Assembly: GCA_944383355.1 (NCBI GenBank)
Contig: CALWPF010000005.1
Location: 4,124 to 68,123, forward strand
Length of the DNA: 64,000 nucleotides
Reading direction: 5' to 3'
Origin: an uncultured Clostridia bacterium
GTDB lineage: Bacteria > Bacillota > Clostridia > Christensenellales > UBA1242
This document shows, piece after piece, positions 46,167-54,519 of the stretch. The translations under genes were made by a program, and so were the position numbers. The notes beneath the pieces were generated by a model that worked only from the letters and a program-made list of their open reading frames with translations, did not search any database and was not told the DNA's origin. Within the stretch, counting starts at the first letter, position 1. Every line of letters starts with the position of its first letter.

Positions 46167-46963
46167 TTAAGATAGAGTTAGAAAACGGCGGACGGCAGTG
46201 TTTGGCTGATATTAGTGGCGTTACTGGTGTGAAAAAAGGCTCTAGAGTAATTATAGATGCTGATAACTGTATCGAAATGGCAAAAGTTTTGTCCAACCCT
46301 GTTGATATGCAAACTATCACAGTGGAGTTGCGTAAGATATCTAGGTTGGCTACTGAGGCAGACTGCGCAAAAGCTGAGGAGTATGCTGCTAAATCAGCAG
46401 AATACAAGCAAAAAGTGAAACAAAAGGTTGGTCAATACAACCTAGATATGAAGTTGATTAGTGTCACAATGTCAATAGATGGTAAACGCTTGTTAGTGGT
46501 TTACACCGCTACTGAAAGAGTTGATTTTAGGGCATTGGTCAAAGATTTGGCGGGAATGTTCCACACAAGAGTGGAGATGCGACAGATTGGAGAGAGGGAG
46601 GCAGCCTCCATAATGGGAGGTTGTGGACCATGTGGTCAAGAATTGTGTTGTAGACGTTTTTTGGGAGATAGTAGCCAGGTAAGTATCAAAATGGCAAAAT
46701 TACAGAATATGTCACTAAATCCTAGCAAAATTAATGGCGTTTGTGACAAATTAATGTGTTGTTTGCAATATGAATACGATGACTACCGTAAGGTTCACGA
46801 TGCGTTACCAGCATTAGATAGTGAGATTATTACGGGTTTTGGTAGAGGTATAGTCGTGCATCAAGATTTGTTTAGGGAAACTGTGGCAATTAAATTTGTA
46901 AAAGATGATGAGGAATGTATCAAAGAATATTCATTAAAGGAATTAGCGGGGGAGGATATCTAA
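46154..46963 (+). CDS. ricT: PSP1-domain protein RicT (YaaT)
   Basis: It has a PSP1 C-terminal domain and a Cys cluster (GGCGPCGQELCC...CDKLMCCL). Conserved synteny after holB supports the call. Confidence 0.85.
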   Translation: MPNVVKIELENGGRQCLADISGVTGVKKGSRVIIDADNCIEMAKVLSNPVDMQTITVELRKISRLATEADCAKAEEYAAKSAEYKQKVKQKVGQYNLDMKLISVTMSIDGKRLLVVYTATERVDFRALVKDLAGMFHTRVEMRQIGEREAASIMGGCGPCGQELCCRRFLGDSSQVSIKMAKLQNMSLNPSKINGVCDKLMCCLQYEYDDYRKVHDALPALDSEIITGFGRGIVVHQDLFRETVAIKFVKDDEECIKEYSLKELAGEDI

Positions 46964-46970
46964 ATAATTT

Positions 46971-47780
46971 ATGAATGGCAAAGTTTATTTTGTAGGTACT
47001 CCTATAGGCAATTTAGGCGATATTACTTATCGTGCTATACAGGTGTTGAGTGAGGTGGATATAATTGCATGTGAGGATACTCGACATTCTTCTATACTTT
47101 TACAGCATTACAATATACACAAGCCAACCATAAGTTACCATAAATTTAATGAGGCAAAAACTAGTCAAAAGATTTTAGATTATCTACGACAAGGTAAGAA
47201 TATAGCAGTGATCAGCGATGCTGGTATGCCAATGATTAGTGACCCAGGTAGTGTCTTGATACGAGAATTAATAGTAGGTGGGTTTCAGTATACTATCATA
47301 CCTGGAGTTAGTGCCGTGATAACCGCTTTTGCTGGGAGTGGCCTTGATAGCGACAGGTTCTGTTTTATTGGATTTTTGCCACCCAAACTAATAGATAGGG
47401 ATAAGTTATTAGGACAATACATTCATACAGATAGCGTACTTGTTTTTTATTCTGCCGTACATGAAATTAATAATGATTTGGAATATTTATATAATACGTT
47501 AGGAGAAAAAACTGTTGTTGTAGCCAATGAGCTTACTAAAAAATTTGAAAAGTTTTTTACAGGCAAGTTGGGTGAGTTGGATATACCAGAGCCTCGAGGT
47601 GAATATGTGATTTTGGTTAAAAACGAGATTGCAAAAAGCCCGCTTAACGATTTGACTCTAGAGGAGCATTTGGACCATTACTTAGAGCAAGGAGAAAGCA
47701 AAATGAATGCTATTAAGATGGTCGCAAAGGATAGGCAACTAAAAAAAAGTGATGTGTATAATATGTTGAATAAGAAATAA
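46971..47780 (+). CDS. rsmI: 16S rRNA (cytidine1402-2'-O)-methyltransferase
   Basis: It has VGTPIGNLGDIT.RA...L...D.IACEDTRHS and SDAGMP.ISDPG. Confidence 0.92.
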   Translation: MNGKVYFVGTPIGNLGDITYRAIQVLSEVDIIACEDTRHSSILLQHYNIHKPTISYHKFNEAKTSQKILDYLRQGKNIAVISDAGMPMISDPGSVLIRELIVGGFQYTIIPGVSAVITAFAGSGLDSDRFCFIGFLPPKLIDRDKLLGQYIHTDSVLVFYSAVHEINNDLEYLYNTLGEKTVVVANELTKKFEKFFTGKLGELDIPEPRGEYVILVKNEIAKSPLNDLTLEEHLDHYLEQGESKMNAIKMVAKDRQLKKSDVYNMLNKK

Positions 47781-47880
47781 AGTTTGTTTATAATGATAAC
47801 TTGTTGTATTTTATCGCCATCTAAACTCGTTTACATGAATATTTTAAATTAAACTATGTATATAATTAGTGAATCTGTAA

Positions 47881-47916
47881 TGTAAGAGCAAACTAGTAAT
47901 TTAGTTTGCTCTTACA
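47881..47916. terminator. Bidirectional terminator between rsmI and spmB
   Basis: TGTAAGAGCAAACTA gtaat TAGTTTGCTCTTACA, a 15-bp perfect stem that overlaps the spmB stop. Confidence 0.8.
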
Positions 47917-48424
47917 TAATTTTTACTATTTGACATGCCACAATCGCACTAGCAAGGCAAGCTACTAGCGCCACTGGCACTGCATAGAGCAACCTTTCTG
48001 CTTTTGCTTGAGCAAAATAGACAGTGGCAACATAAAAAACAGTTTCACTACTACCCATTATCACACTACCAGCTCGTGCTATGTAACTATCGGCACCATA
48101 GGTGTCAAAAATGGTCTCCATTACAGCTAATCCACCACTACCACTAAATGGTCTAATCAACACTAATTCACATAATTCACTAGGTATTCCTATACAATTA
48201 AATATTGGCGCTAAAATATTGCTAAGATAGGTAGTCAAGCCACTTACTTTAAATAATTCTACGACCAAAAAGATGGCTACCAAAAATGGGAAAATAGATA
48301 AACTAAGAGGCACCGCCTCTTTGGCTCCATTGATAAAACCTTGATATGCATTTACTCGCTTTTTTGCACAATATATCAATAATAAAATTATCAATATTGG
48401 TGTGATTAATGCGCTAACAGTCAT
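47912..48424 (-). CDS. spmB: Spore maturation protein B-like nucleoside-recognition membrane protein
   Basis: It has Gate/nucleoside-recognition type TM repeats and the GAKEAVP block. It is paired with and overlaps spmA. Confidence 0.75.
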   Translation of the reverse strand: MTVSALITPILIILLLIYCAKKRVNAYQGFINGAKEAVPLSLSIFPFLVAIFLVVELFKVSGLTTYLSNILAPIFNCIGIPSELCELVLIRPFSGSGGLAVMETIFDTYGADSYIARAGSVIMGSSETVFYVATVYFAQAKAERLLYAVPVALVACLASAIVACQIVKIM

Positions 48425-49001
48425 GATTTTTCCCTAGTTTATCTTTGATTTTTGCACATAGTTTTACCAATACTACACCAAGTATGGTTGATACAGCAGT
48501 GGCTATCAATGTGGGTATGATAATATCACTACTACTAGTGCTCCCATATGTCGCTCTTAGTCCAATGATAGTAGTGGGGAGTAATTGTATACTGGTTGCA
48601 TTTATGACAATTAGCATAATCATTGCAGTACTGGCAGTTTTTGAATTATTTTGTCTGTCCAGACCTTGCATAGCCTTGATGCCCATAGGGGTGCACGCAT
48701 TCCCCATGCCTAGCATATTTGCTGACATATTTAGTGCAATATAGTTTTTTGTCTGTTTGTCTGTTTTACCAAATAACCAATCTATTACTGGTGACAATAA
48801 GTTGGCTATTTTGTGGTTTAGTCCAGTCAATTCCACTAATTTAATAATACCCAACCATATGGCATATACACCAATTAATTTGATACTTAGACTGACAGCA
48901 TTACCTCCAGCTGTCATCATACTGTTGATACTACCTTCTGGGTCAACAAAACATAATGCTACCATGCTACACAGCATCATTACAAACCAAATTTTTCTCA
49001 T
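48414..49001 (-). CDS. spmA: Spore maturation protein A-like nucleoside-recognition membrane protein
   Basis: MRKIWFVMM... resembles the SpmA N-terminus, and the LNMSANMLGMGNA.TP.G.KAM block is present. The start is taken at ATG 49001 rather than TTG 49040. Confidence 0.72.
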   Translation of the reverse strand: MRKIWFVMMLCSMVALCFVDPEGSINSMMTAGGNAVSLSIKLIGVYAIWLGIIKLVELTGLNHKIANLLSPVIDWLFGKTDKQTKNYIALNMSANMLGMGNACTPMGIKAMQGLDRQNNSKTASTAMIMLIVINATSIQLLPTTIIGLRATYGSTSSSDIIIPTLIATAVSTILGVVLVKLCAKIKDKLGKNHDC

Positions 49002-49192
49002 AGCATAATGTATGAAATTTAAAATACTTGTATGATACAACTTTACTATTTGATTTAAATTAGTTATACTAGATTAGTAGTAGTTTGTTTAATGTTTGAG
49101 GCATAATATTATGTTTTTATGATTTTAGTGATTACAAAATTTTGTTTTGATAATATTTTTAAATTTAATTAAATTGTGGGGAATTTGGTACG

Positions 49193-49978
49193 ATGTTAAT
49201 AGATACGCATGCTCATCTTTGCTCGGAGGAATTATTTGGAAGGACTGAGCAGATAGTTAGAGATTTTTATGAAGATGGTCTAGAGGCAGTGGTTTGTCCT
49301 AGCTATGATTTTATATCCAATCACAAAACTCTTGAGGTAGTTAACAATTTTGATAATGTATATGGTGCATTGGGGATACATCCCAATGATAGCCATTGTT
49401 GGGATGCTGGTGTTAGGAGTTTTATAGAAGATAATATAGATAACCCCAAAATAGTCGCAATTGGTGAAGTGGGGTTGGATTATCATTATCCTGAGCATAA
49501 CGCAAGTGAGCAAAGACAAATATTATTACAACAACTAAACATAGCAAAATATCATAAAATGCCTGTGATTTTTCATGTTCGTGATGCTTGGGCAGATTTT
49601 CTTGAGTTTATTCGTACCAATCGAGATTTGGTACCTGCAGGAGTGATACATTGCTTTGATGGTGATGAAAATCTTGCTAGAGAGATATTAGATTTAGGTT
49701 TTAGTATCTCGGTCACTGGATTAGTTACGTATAAAAAAGCAAAACTAATAGATGCTGTGCGGTTTATACCGATAGAGCGTTTAATGTTGGAGACAGATTC
49801 GCCATATTTAGTACCACACAATGCACATACACAACAAAAAATCAATGAACCCAAGTTTGTTCAATACGTCGCAGATGCGGTTGCAGAGATAAAGCAAATG
49901 CGGGTGGAAAAAGTAATAGAACATACCACTCAAAACGCTTATAATTTCTTTAAAAAGCTGAGGACAAATAATGAATAA
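49193..49978 (+). CDS. tatD: TatD family metal-dependent DNase/hydrolase
   Basis: It has IDTHAHL, GE.GLDY, HVRDA and ETDSPYL. Confidence 0.92.
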   Translation: MLIDTHAHLCSEELFGRTEQIVRDFYEDGLEAVVCPSYDFISNHKTLEVVNNFDNVYGALGIHPNDSHCWDAGVRSFIEDNIDNPKIVAIGEVGLDYHYPEHNASEQRQILLQQLNIAKYHKMPVIFHVRDAWADFLEFIRTNRDLVPAGVIHCFDGDENLAREILDLGFSISVTGLVTYKKAKLIDAVRFIPIERLMLETDSPYLVPHNAHTQQKINEPKFVQYVADAVAEIKQMRVEKVIEHTTQNAYNFFKKLRTNNE

Positions 49979-50810
49979 TATAGAAAAGGATAAAAATCGG
50001 ACTTTTCGTTTTAAACATAACTTGGGTCAAAATTTTTTGAAAGATAAAAATCTTTTAAATGCAATTGTATCAGATGCGGGGATTGTTAATGGGGATTATG
50101 TCCTGGAAATTGGTGCTGGAGCAGGTGCTCTTACTGAGGTGCTGTGTCAGAGCGTGGGAACAGGTAGGGTAGTAGCTGTAGAGATTGACAAAACATTATC
50201 ATGTTTTTTGTCGCCACTTATGACAAAATTTCACAATTTTAAGTTGGTATTTGATGATATTCTCAAGGTACCATTTGACTCTATTACAGATTGGTTTGAC
50301 AATAAATCATTCAAGGTGGTTGCCAATTTGCCATACTACATTACAACACCTATAATTTTCTATTTATTAGAGTCCAGTCTCGACATTGAGAGTATTACCA
50401 TTATGGTACAACAGGAGGTTGCAGATAGAATTATAGCCAGCCCAAATACAAAAGATTATGGCGCTATTACTCCTATTCTTAAGTTGTATGGGACAGCAAA
50501 GATAACTCGTAAAGTAAACAAAAATTTATTCACTCCAGTGCCAAAGGTGGATTCAGCGGTGGTACATCTGGATATTAACAGGCGTGAGGGCATTAATATT
50601 GCAGGTGTTAGCAAATTTATTCGTAATTGTTTCTCTATGAGGCGAAAAACTTTATCAAATAATTTGTTGCAAACTTATCAATTATCAAGAGAAGTTGTTG
50701 AGCAATGTTGCAAGAAAGCAAATATATCGCCAGGGGTTAGGGCAGAGTGCTTGAGCGTAGATGATTTTATTAATTTATACAACTGTATGACTTTGTATAT
50801 AAATCATTAG
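49971..50810 (+). CDS. rsmA: 16S rRNA (adenine1518/1519-N6)-dimethyltransferase
   Basis: It has LGQNFL.D, EIGAGAGALT and NLPYYITTPI. Confidence 0.93.
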   Translation: MNNIEKDKNRTFRFKHNLGQNFLKDKNLLNAIVSDAGIVNGDYVLEIGAGAGALTEVLCQSVGTGRVVAVEIDKTLSCFLSPLMTKFHNFKLVFDDILKVPFDSITDWFDNKSFKVVANLPYYITTPIIFYLLESSLDIESITIMVQQEVADRIIASPNTKDYGAITPILKLYGTAKITRKVNKNLFTPVPKVDSAVVHLDINRREGINIAGVSKFIRNCFSMRRKTLSNNLLQTYQLSREVVEQCCKKANISPGVRAECLSVDDFINLYNCMTLYINH

Positions 50811-50828
50811 TCATATACATATAGAAAA

Positions 50829-50856
50829 GACTTGGTAGGGTTACCAAGCCTTTTTT
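50829..50856 (+). terminator. Terminator after rsmA
   Basis: CTTGGTA gggt TACCAAG is followed by CCTTTTTT. Confidence 0.7.
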
Positions 50857-50885
50857 AATGTGAAATCAATAACTTTAGAAATTTT

Positions 50886-50917
50886 ATAGTGCATAGTATA
50901 TTAGTACTATGCACTAT
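50886..50917. repeat. Hairpin copy of the recurrent motif: ATAGTGCATAGTA tattag TACTATGCACTAT
   Basis: It has 13-bp perfect arms and no adjacent T-tract. It lies between the rsmA terminator and the end of the histidine kinase gene. Confidence 0.85.
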
Positions 50918-50964
50918 TTTGCGAAGAATTTTATTACAAAAATGGTGGTTTTATTGGCTAAGGG

Positions 50965-52191
50965 CTAAAAAGTGAGAGAAAAACTAGTGTATTTAGATTT
51001 TTTACAATCTACAGTGAGTTTCCATTTGTGATTATCAGCAATAGATTTTGTGATTGCCAATCCCAACCCAAATCCTCCAGTGCTTCTGTTTCTCGAACTA
51101 TCCCCTCTATAGAACCTTTCAAAAATTTTATTTTTGTCATTTTCATCTATATTGCAACCTGTGTTGTATACCGTGATAGTGTTTTTATTATTTTGGTTTT
51201 CTAGGCTTAGTTTTATTGTACCATTTGTATTAGAGTATTTTATTGCATTATCCAATAATACAGATACTATCTTTTTTATACCAGCTTCGTCCGAATAGCA
51301 CTCTATATTCGCTGGTATATTTGTTTCTAGTTTCTTCCCTGATTCGTATGCTACAGCTTCAAATGAAAGCACACAATTATTTAAAAGCTCACTCAAATTA
51401 AATTTGTTATTAACAATGTTGGTCTTTTTTTCATTTAGTTTTGATAACTCAAGCATTTCATTTATCAAATCAGACATTCGTTTTGTTTGGTCTTGTATGC
51501 TTTGTACCCATTCATTTGGCTTTTCTTGTTCACTCTCCAATAGTGACGCATTAGCGGACATGATTGTTAGAGGTGTCTTTAATTCGTGACTGGCATCAGC
51601 GATAAAACGCTCCTGTTTCTTAAATGCATTTGCTACTGGTTGTACGACATAAAATGATAGCCACCATATTAGTATTGCTAAGAAAGCTAGCGCTGATAAT
51701 ATCAGTATCAAAACCAAAAGGATTACTCTATCAGTAATAGAGATTTCAATTGATCTATCTACAGCTACTAGGGCAATATTGTTTTCGTATGGGCGAAACA
51801 TATAATACATATTACCATTTTTACCGTTGTCTGCATCACTACTTAGTGCGTATTCTAGCACTGTCCTAACAGTATTTTCATCAAATAGAGTAGTATTATA
51901 ATCAAATGCTATAATATTATTATCATTGTCAAGGAGCACTGCAAAGCTTCTTGCCTCTTCAAATACTGTTTGGTCCCAACCAGCGTGTAATGGAGGAGAA
52001 GATACAGTGCTGTCTTCGTTGTTGTAATCGCCGAATTGCAACTCTCTATTACTTAATTGGCTGTATGCTTCACGTTCTTCTGAATAATGGAGATAAATCG
52101 CTATGCCAAGGAAAATGCCAAGAAATACTAGAGCTAGTATACCCATAGTGACTAACATTATAAATAACCTTAGACGTTTAATCACTTCCAT
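50965..52191 (-). CDS. Sensor histidine kinase (2 TM, HisKA + HATPase_c)
   Basis: It has the H-box FIADASHELKTPLT, the N-box LLDNAIKYS and the G-box GGFGLGLAI. ATG 52191 follows GGAGGTGG and overlaps the response regulator stop. Confidence 0.88.
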   Translation of the reverse strand: MEVIKRLRLFIMLVTMGILALVFLGIFLGIAIYLHYSEEREAYSQLSNRELQFGDYNNEDSTVSSPPLHAGWDQTVFEEARSFAVLLDNDNNIIAFDYNTTLFDENTVRTVLEYALSSDADNGKNGNMYYMFRPYENNIALVAVDRSIEISITDRVILLVLILILSALAFLAILIWWLSFYVVQPVANAFKKQERFIADASHELKTPLTIMSANASLLESEQEKPNEWVQSIQDQTKRMSDLINEMLELSKLNEKKTNIVNNKFNLSELLNNCVLSFEAVAYESGKKLETNIPANIECYSDEAGIKKIVSVLLDNAIKYSNTNGTIKLSLENQNNKNTITVYNTGCNIDENDKNKIFERFYRGDSSRNRSTGGFGLGLAITKSIADNHKWKLTVDCKKSKYTSFSLTF

Positions 52192-52870
52192 CGTTATCCA
52201 CCTCCAATTTATATCCAACCCCACGAACAGATTTGATTTGGACATTGGTGTGTATTGCTAGTAACTTTTTGCGTAAAAAAGATATATAAACCTCCACATT
52301 GTTGTATTCACTGTCACAATCATATCCCCATATTTTATCTTGAATATGGTTTTTGGGGATAATTTTGCCTTGGTTTTGCATGAGATATTCCATTATTTGG
52401 AATTCTTTGGCTCCTAGCGTGATACTTTGATTACCGTAACTTAATTCGTAAGTGTTTTTGTTTAGTTGTAATTTATCTTTTGAAAGTATTTCGCCTTGAT
52501 ACAATTCAGTACGTCTACACAGTGCTTTTACCCTAGCTATTAGTTCTCCCGCATCAAAAGGTTTTGTGACATAGTCATCTGCACCGATATCCAAGCCTTT
52601 GATTTTATCTGGTATTTCACTTTTGGCACTCAGCAATAATACAGGTGTGTTTTTGTGATGATACCGTAACTCTCGCAAGACAGTCAAACCATCCATCTCA
52701 GGTAGCATTATATCAAGTATTATTAGATCATAATTGCCTTGCATAGCATATTCAAGCCCTGTACGTCCATCGTAGACCGTATCAGCCTGTAGTTTTTGCC
52801 TTTTTAGCAGTTCCTTTATTGCGTGTGCTAGTTGTTCTTCGTCTTCTATTATAAGGATACTCACATTCAT
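52178..52870 (-). CDS. OmpR-family response regulator
   Basis: It has a receiver domain (ILIIEDE..., DLIILDIMLPEMDG) and a winged-helix C-terminus (VEVYISFLRKKL...VRGVGYKL). Confidence 0.92.
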   Translation of the reverse strand: MNVSILIIEDEEQLAHAIKELLKRQKLQADTVYDGRTGLEYAMQGNYDLIILDIMLPEMDGLTVLRELRYHHKNTPVLLLSAKSEIPDKIKGLDIGADDYVTKPFDAGELIARVKALCRRTELYQGEILSKDKLQLNKNTYELSYGNQSITLGAKEFQIMEYLMQNQGKIIPKNHIQDKIWGYDCDSEYNNVEVYISFLRKKLLAIHTNVQIKSVRGVGYKLEVDNDGSD

Positions 52871-53035
52871 TACCTCTCTTTTGTGTGGAGTATAACATCA
52901 AAACCTTGAAATAGTATTTAAAATAATTAAAAAATATTTTTAAAAACTTTTGTTTTTTTACATTTTTTCAATGTTTATTCAATATTTAATTGATAAACTG
53001 CGTGCAGAAAAATGAGCAAAGGAGGGATTTTGTTT

Positions 53036-53227
53036 ATGAATAAGATTAATAAAAGTATGATAAGTACATTACTATTGTGTTTTGGTGCTGGTACCTTGAT
53101 TACAAAGCAAGATAGTTGTCGCAAGTCCACAGAGGGTGCACTTGATATAGATTTTACGATGAGTAACCAATCTAATAATACCAATACTTTTATTCCTACT
53201 CAAGCAAACTATGTTGTAAAGAAATAA
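53036..53227 (+). CDS. Small (63 aa) putative secreted peptide, divergent from the two-component system
   Basis: A strong SD AAAGGAGGG lies 9 nt before ATG 53036. It has an N-terminal K-rich n-region plus a hydrophobic core (MISTLLLCFGAGTLI), and a terminator lies downstream at 53355. Confidence 0.5.
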   Translation: MNKINKSMISTLLLCFGAGTLITKQDSCRKSTEGALDIDFTMSNQSNNTNTFIPTQANYVVKK

Positions 53228-53354
53228 TTTTACAATATGATACTTTTTTGGTAAATTGTAGATTTTTTACTACAGTAATGCTTTTTAAGTAACGAGTATA
53301 AGATAGAGACGTGAAATATTTGTTATCTCATATTGGTTAAGGTTTTGCATATTT

Positions 53355-53389
53355 CAGCATTCTTTTGTAGAATGCTGTTTTATTTTTTG
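53355..53389 (+). terminator. Plus-strand terminator ~130 nt after the small peptide gene
   Basis: CAGCATTC ttttgta GAATGCTG TTTTATTTTTT. Confidence 0.75.
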
Positions 53390-53461
53390 TGTAGACGACT
53401 ATAATTTGTCTAGGCCTATATAATTTCTGAATGTTTAATGAGATTTTTAATTGTATTGAAA

Positions 53462-54385
53462 TTACTTAGGCAAAAAGTCATAATTAGGATTAGGGATAAC
53501 CTCACTTGTTTCCAAATACTTATTAATGTAATTATCAATTGAGTTGTCAAGACTAGCTACGCTATATATGTCTGTTTTCAAAATTTGTTTTATCTTTTCA
53601 TCGGTGACATCTGTAGGTTTATCCAATACGATGCAATCTAACAATCTTTTAAATTCGTTGTACTGGTAGGTATGATTATTACTATATTCATTTGATATAT
53701 ATGAATGCATGGATTGGCGCTGTAATAGCCTAAATGTAGGAGAGTTTTGTATATCAAAATCAGTGTATACTAATTTTTCTTCTACGCCAAAAATATCATA
53801 ATACGTACTTTTTTCTATTATTGTCCTATATGATGGATCCAGGACATAGTACTTTCTTGTATCACAATTAACAGTATTTTCGTTTGCTAAATATGGAGCA
53901 AAGTTTTGCAACTCTTCACCTCTTATTATCAAAAAAGCGTGCATAAAACTAGGGGAGAATACTTGCAACTCTCTAGCCTCGTAGTCTATGAACTCCATGT
54001 TATCATCTTCATTTTTGTAGGCTTCCATAAAACGTTTTGATGCAACATTTTGTAAGTCTGCTATTACATAATGATATTTTTGAAAACACATAGCCAAAGT
54101 TAGTGCGCTAGCGAAACATCTTCCATTGGCGTAATCGGTTTTTTGCAATTGAGATAGCGGTAAACCTAGGTAAAAGCGTTTTTTAAAGTTATCCAATAAT
54201 TTATCACTATAGTTAAAAATTTTGTTTGCTCGCAGTGCTTTATCGTATTGAGTTTGCAAATGTAGAGCTTTGCTTTCAATATTGTTTTGCACAAACAAAC
54301 CGCTAATAATTTGGTATCCCTCATCATCTGTATGTATAATTTTACTCATAGACGATATTTTATCAAAATTTTTCTCATATGTCAA
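53462..54385 (-). CDS. Orphan protein (up to 307 aa) with a possible Cys-His-Asp papain-like/transglutaminase-like triad
   Basis: It is an intact ORF divergent from the helicase gene. The candidate blocks are NGRCFASALTLAMCF, SFMHAFLI and YYVLDPS. The start is uncertain (TTG 54385 or ATG 54349) and no clear SD is present. Confidence 0.45.
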   Translation of the reverse strand: MTYEKNFDKISSMSKIIHTDDEGYQIISGLFVQNNIESKALHLQTQYDKALRANKIFNYSDKLLDNFKKRFYLGLPLSQLQKTDYANGRCFASALTLAMCFQKYHYVIADLQNVASKRFMEAYKNEDDNMEFIDYEARELQVFSPSFMHAFLIIRGEELQNFAPYLANENTVNCDTRKYYVLDPSYRTIIEKSTYYDIFGVEEKLVYTDFDIQNSPTFRLLQRQSMHSYISNEYSNNHTYQYNEFKRLLDCIVLDKPTDVTDEKIKQILKTDIYSVASLDNSIDNYINKYLETSEVIPNPNYDFLPK

Positions 54386-54519
54386 TGTTGACTTTTTGTG
54401 CTTGTGAATGCCTTTTATTTTTATAATTAATAATTTTAATATTTACCATTTTATTATTTTTTATCTTGTTTTTAACTACAATTTGATGTATAATATATCA
54501 AGTATAAGGAGATTTTGTA

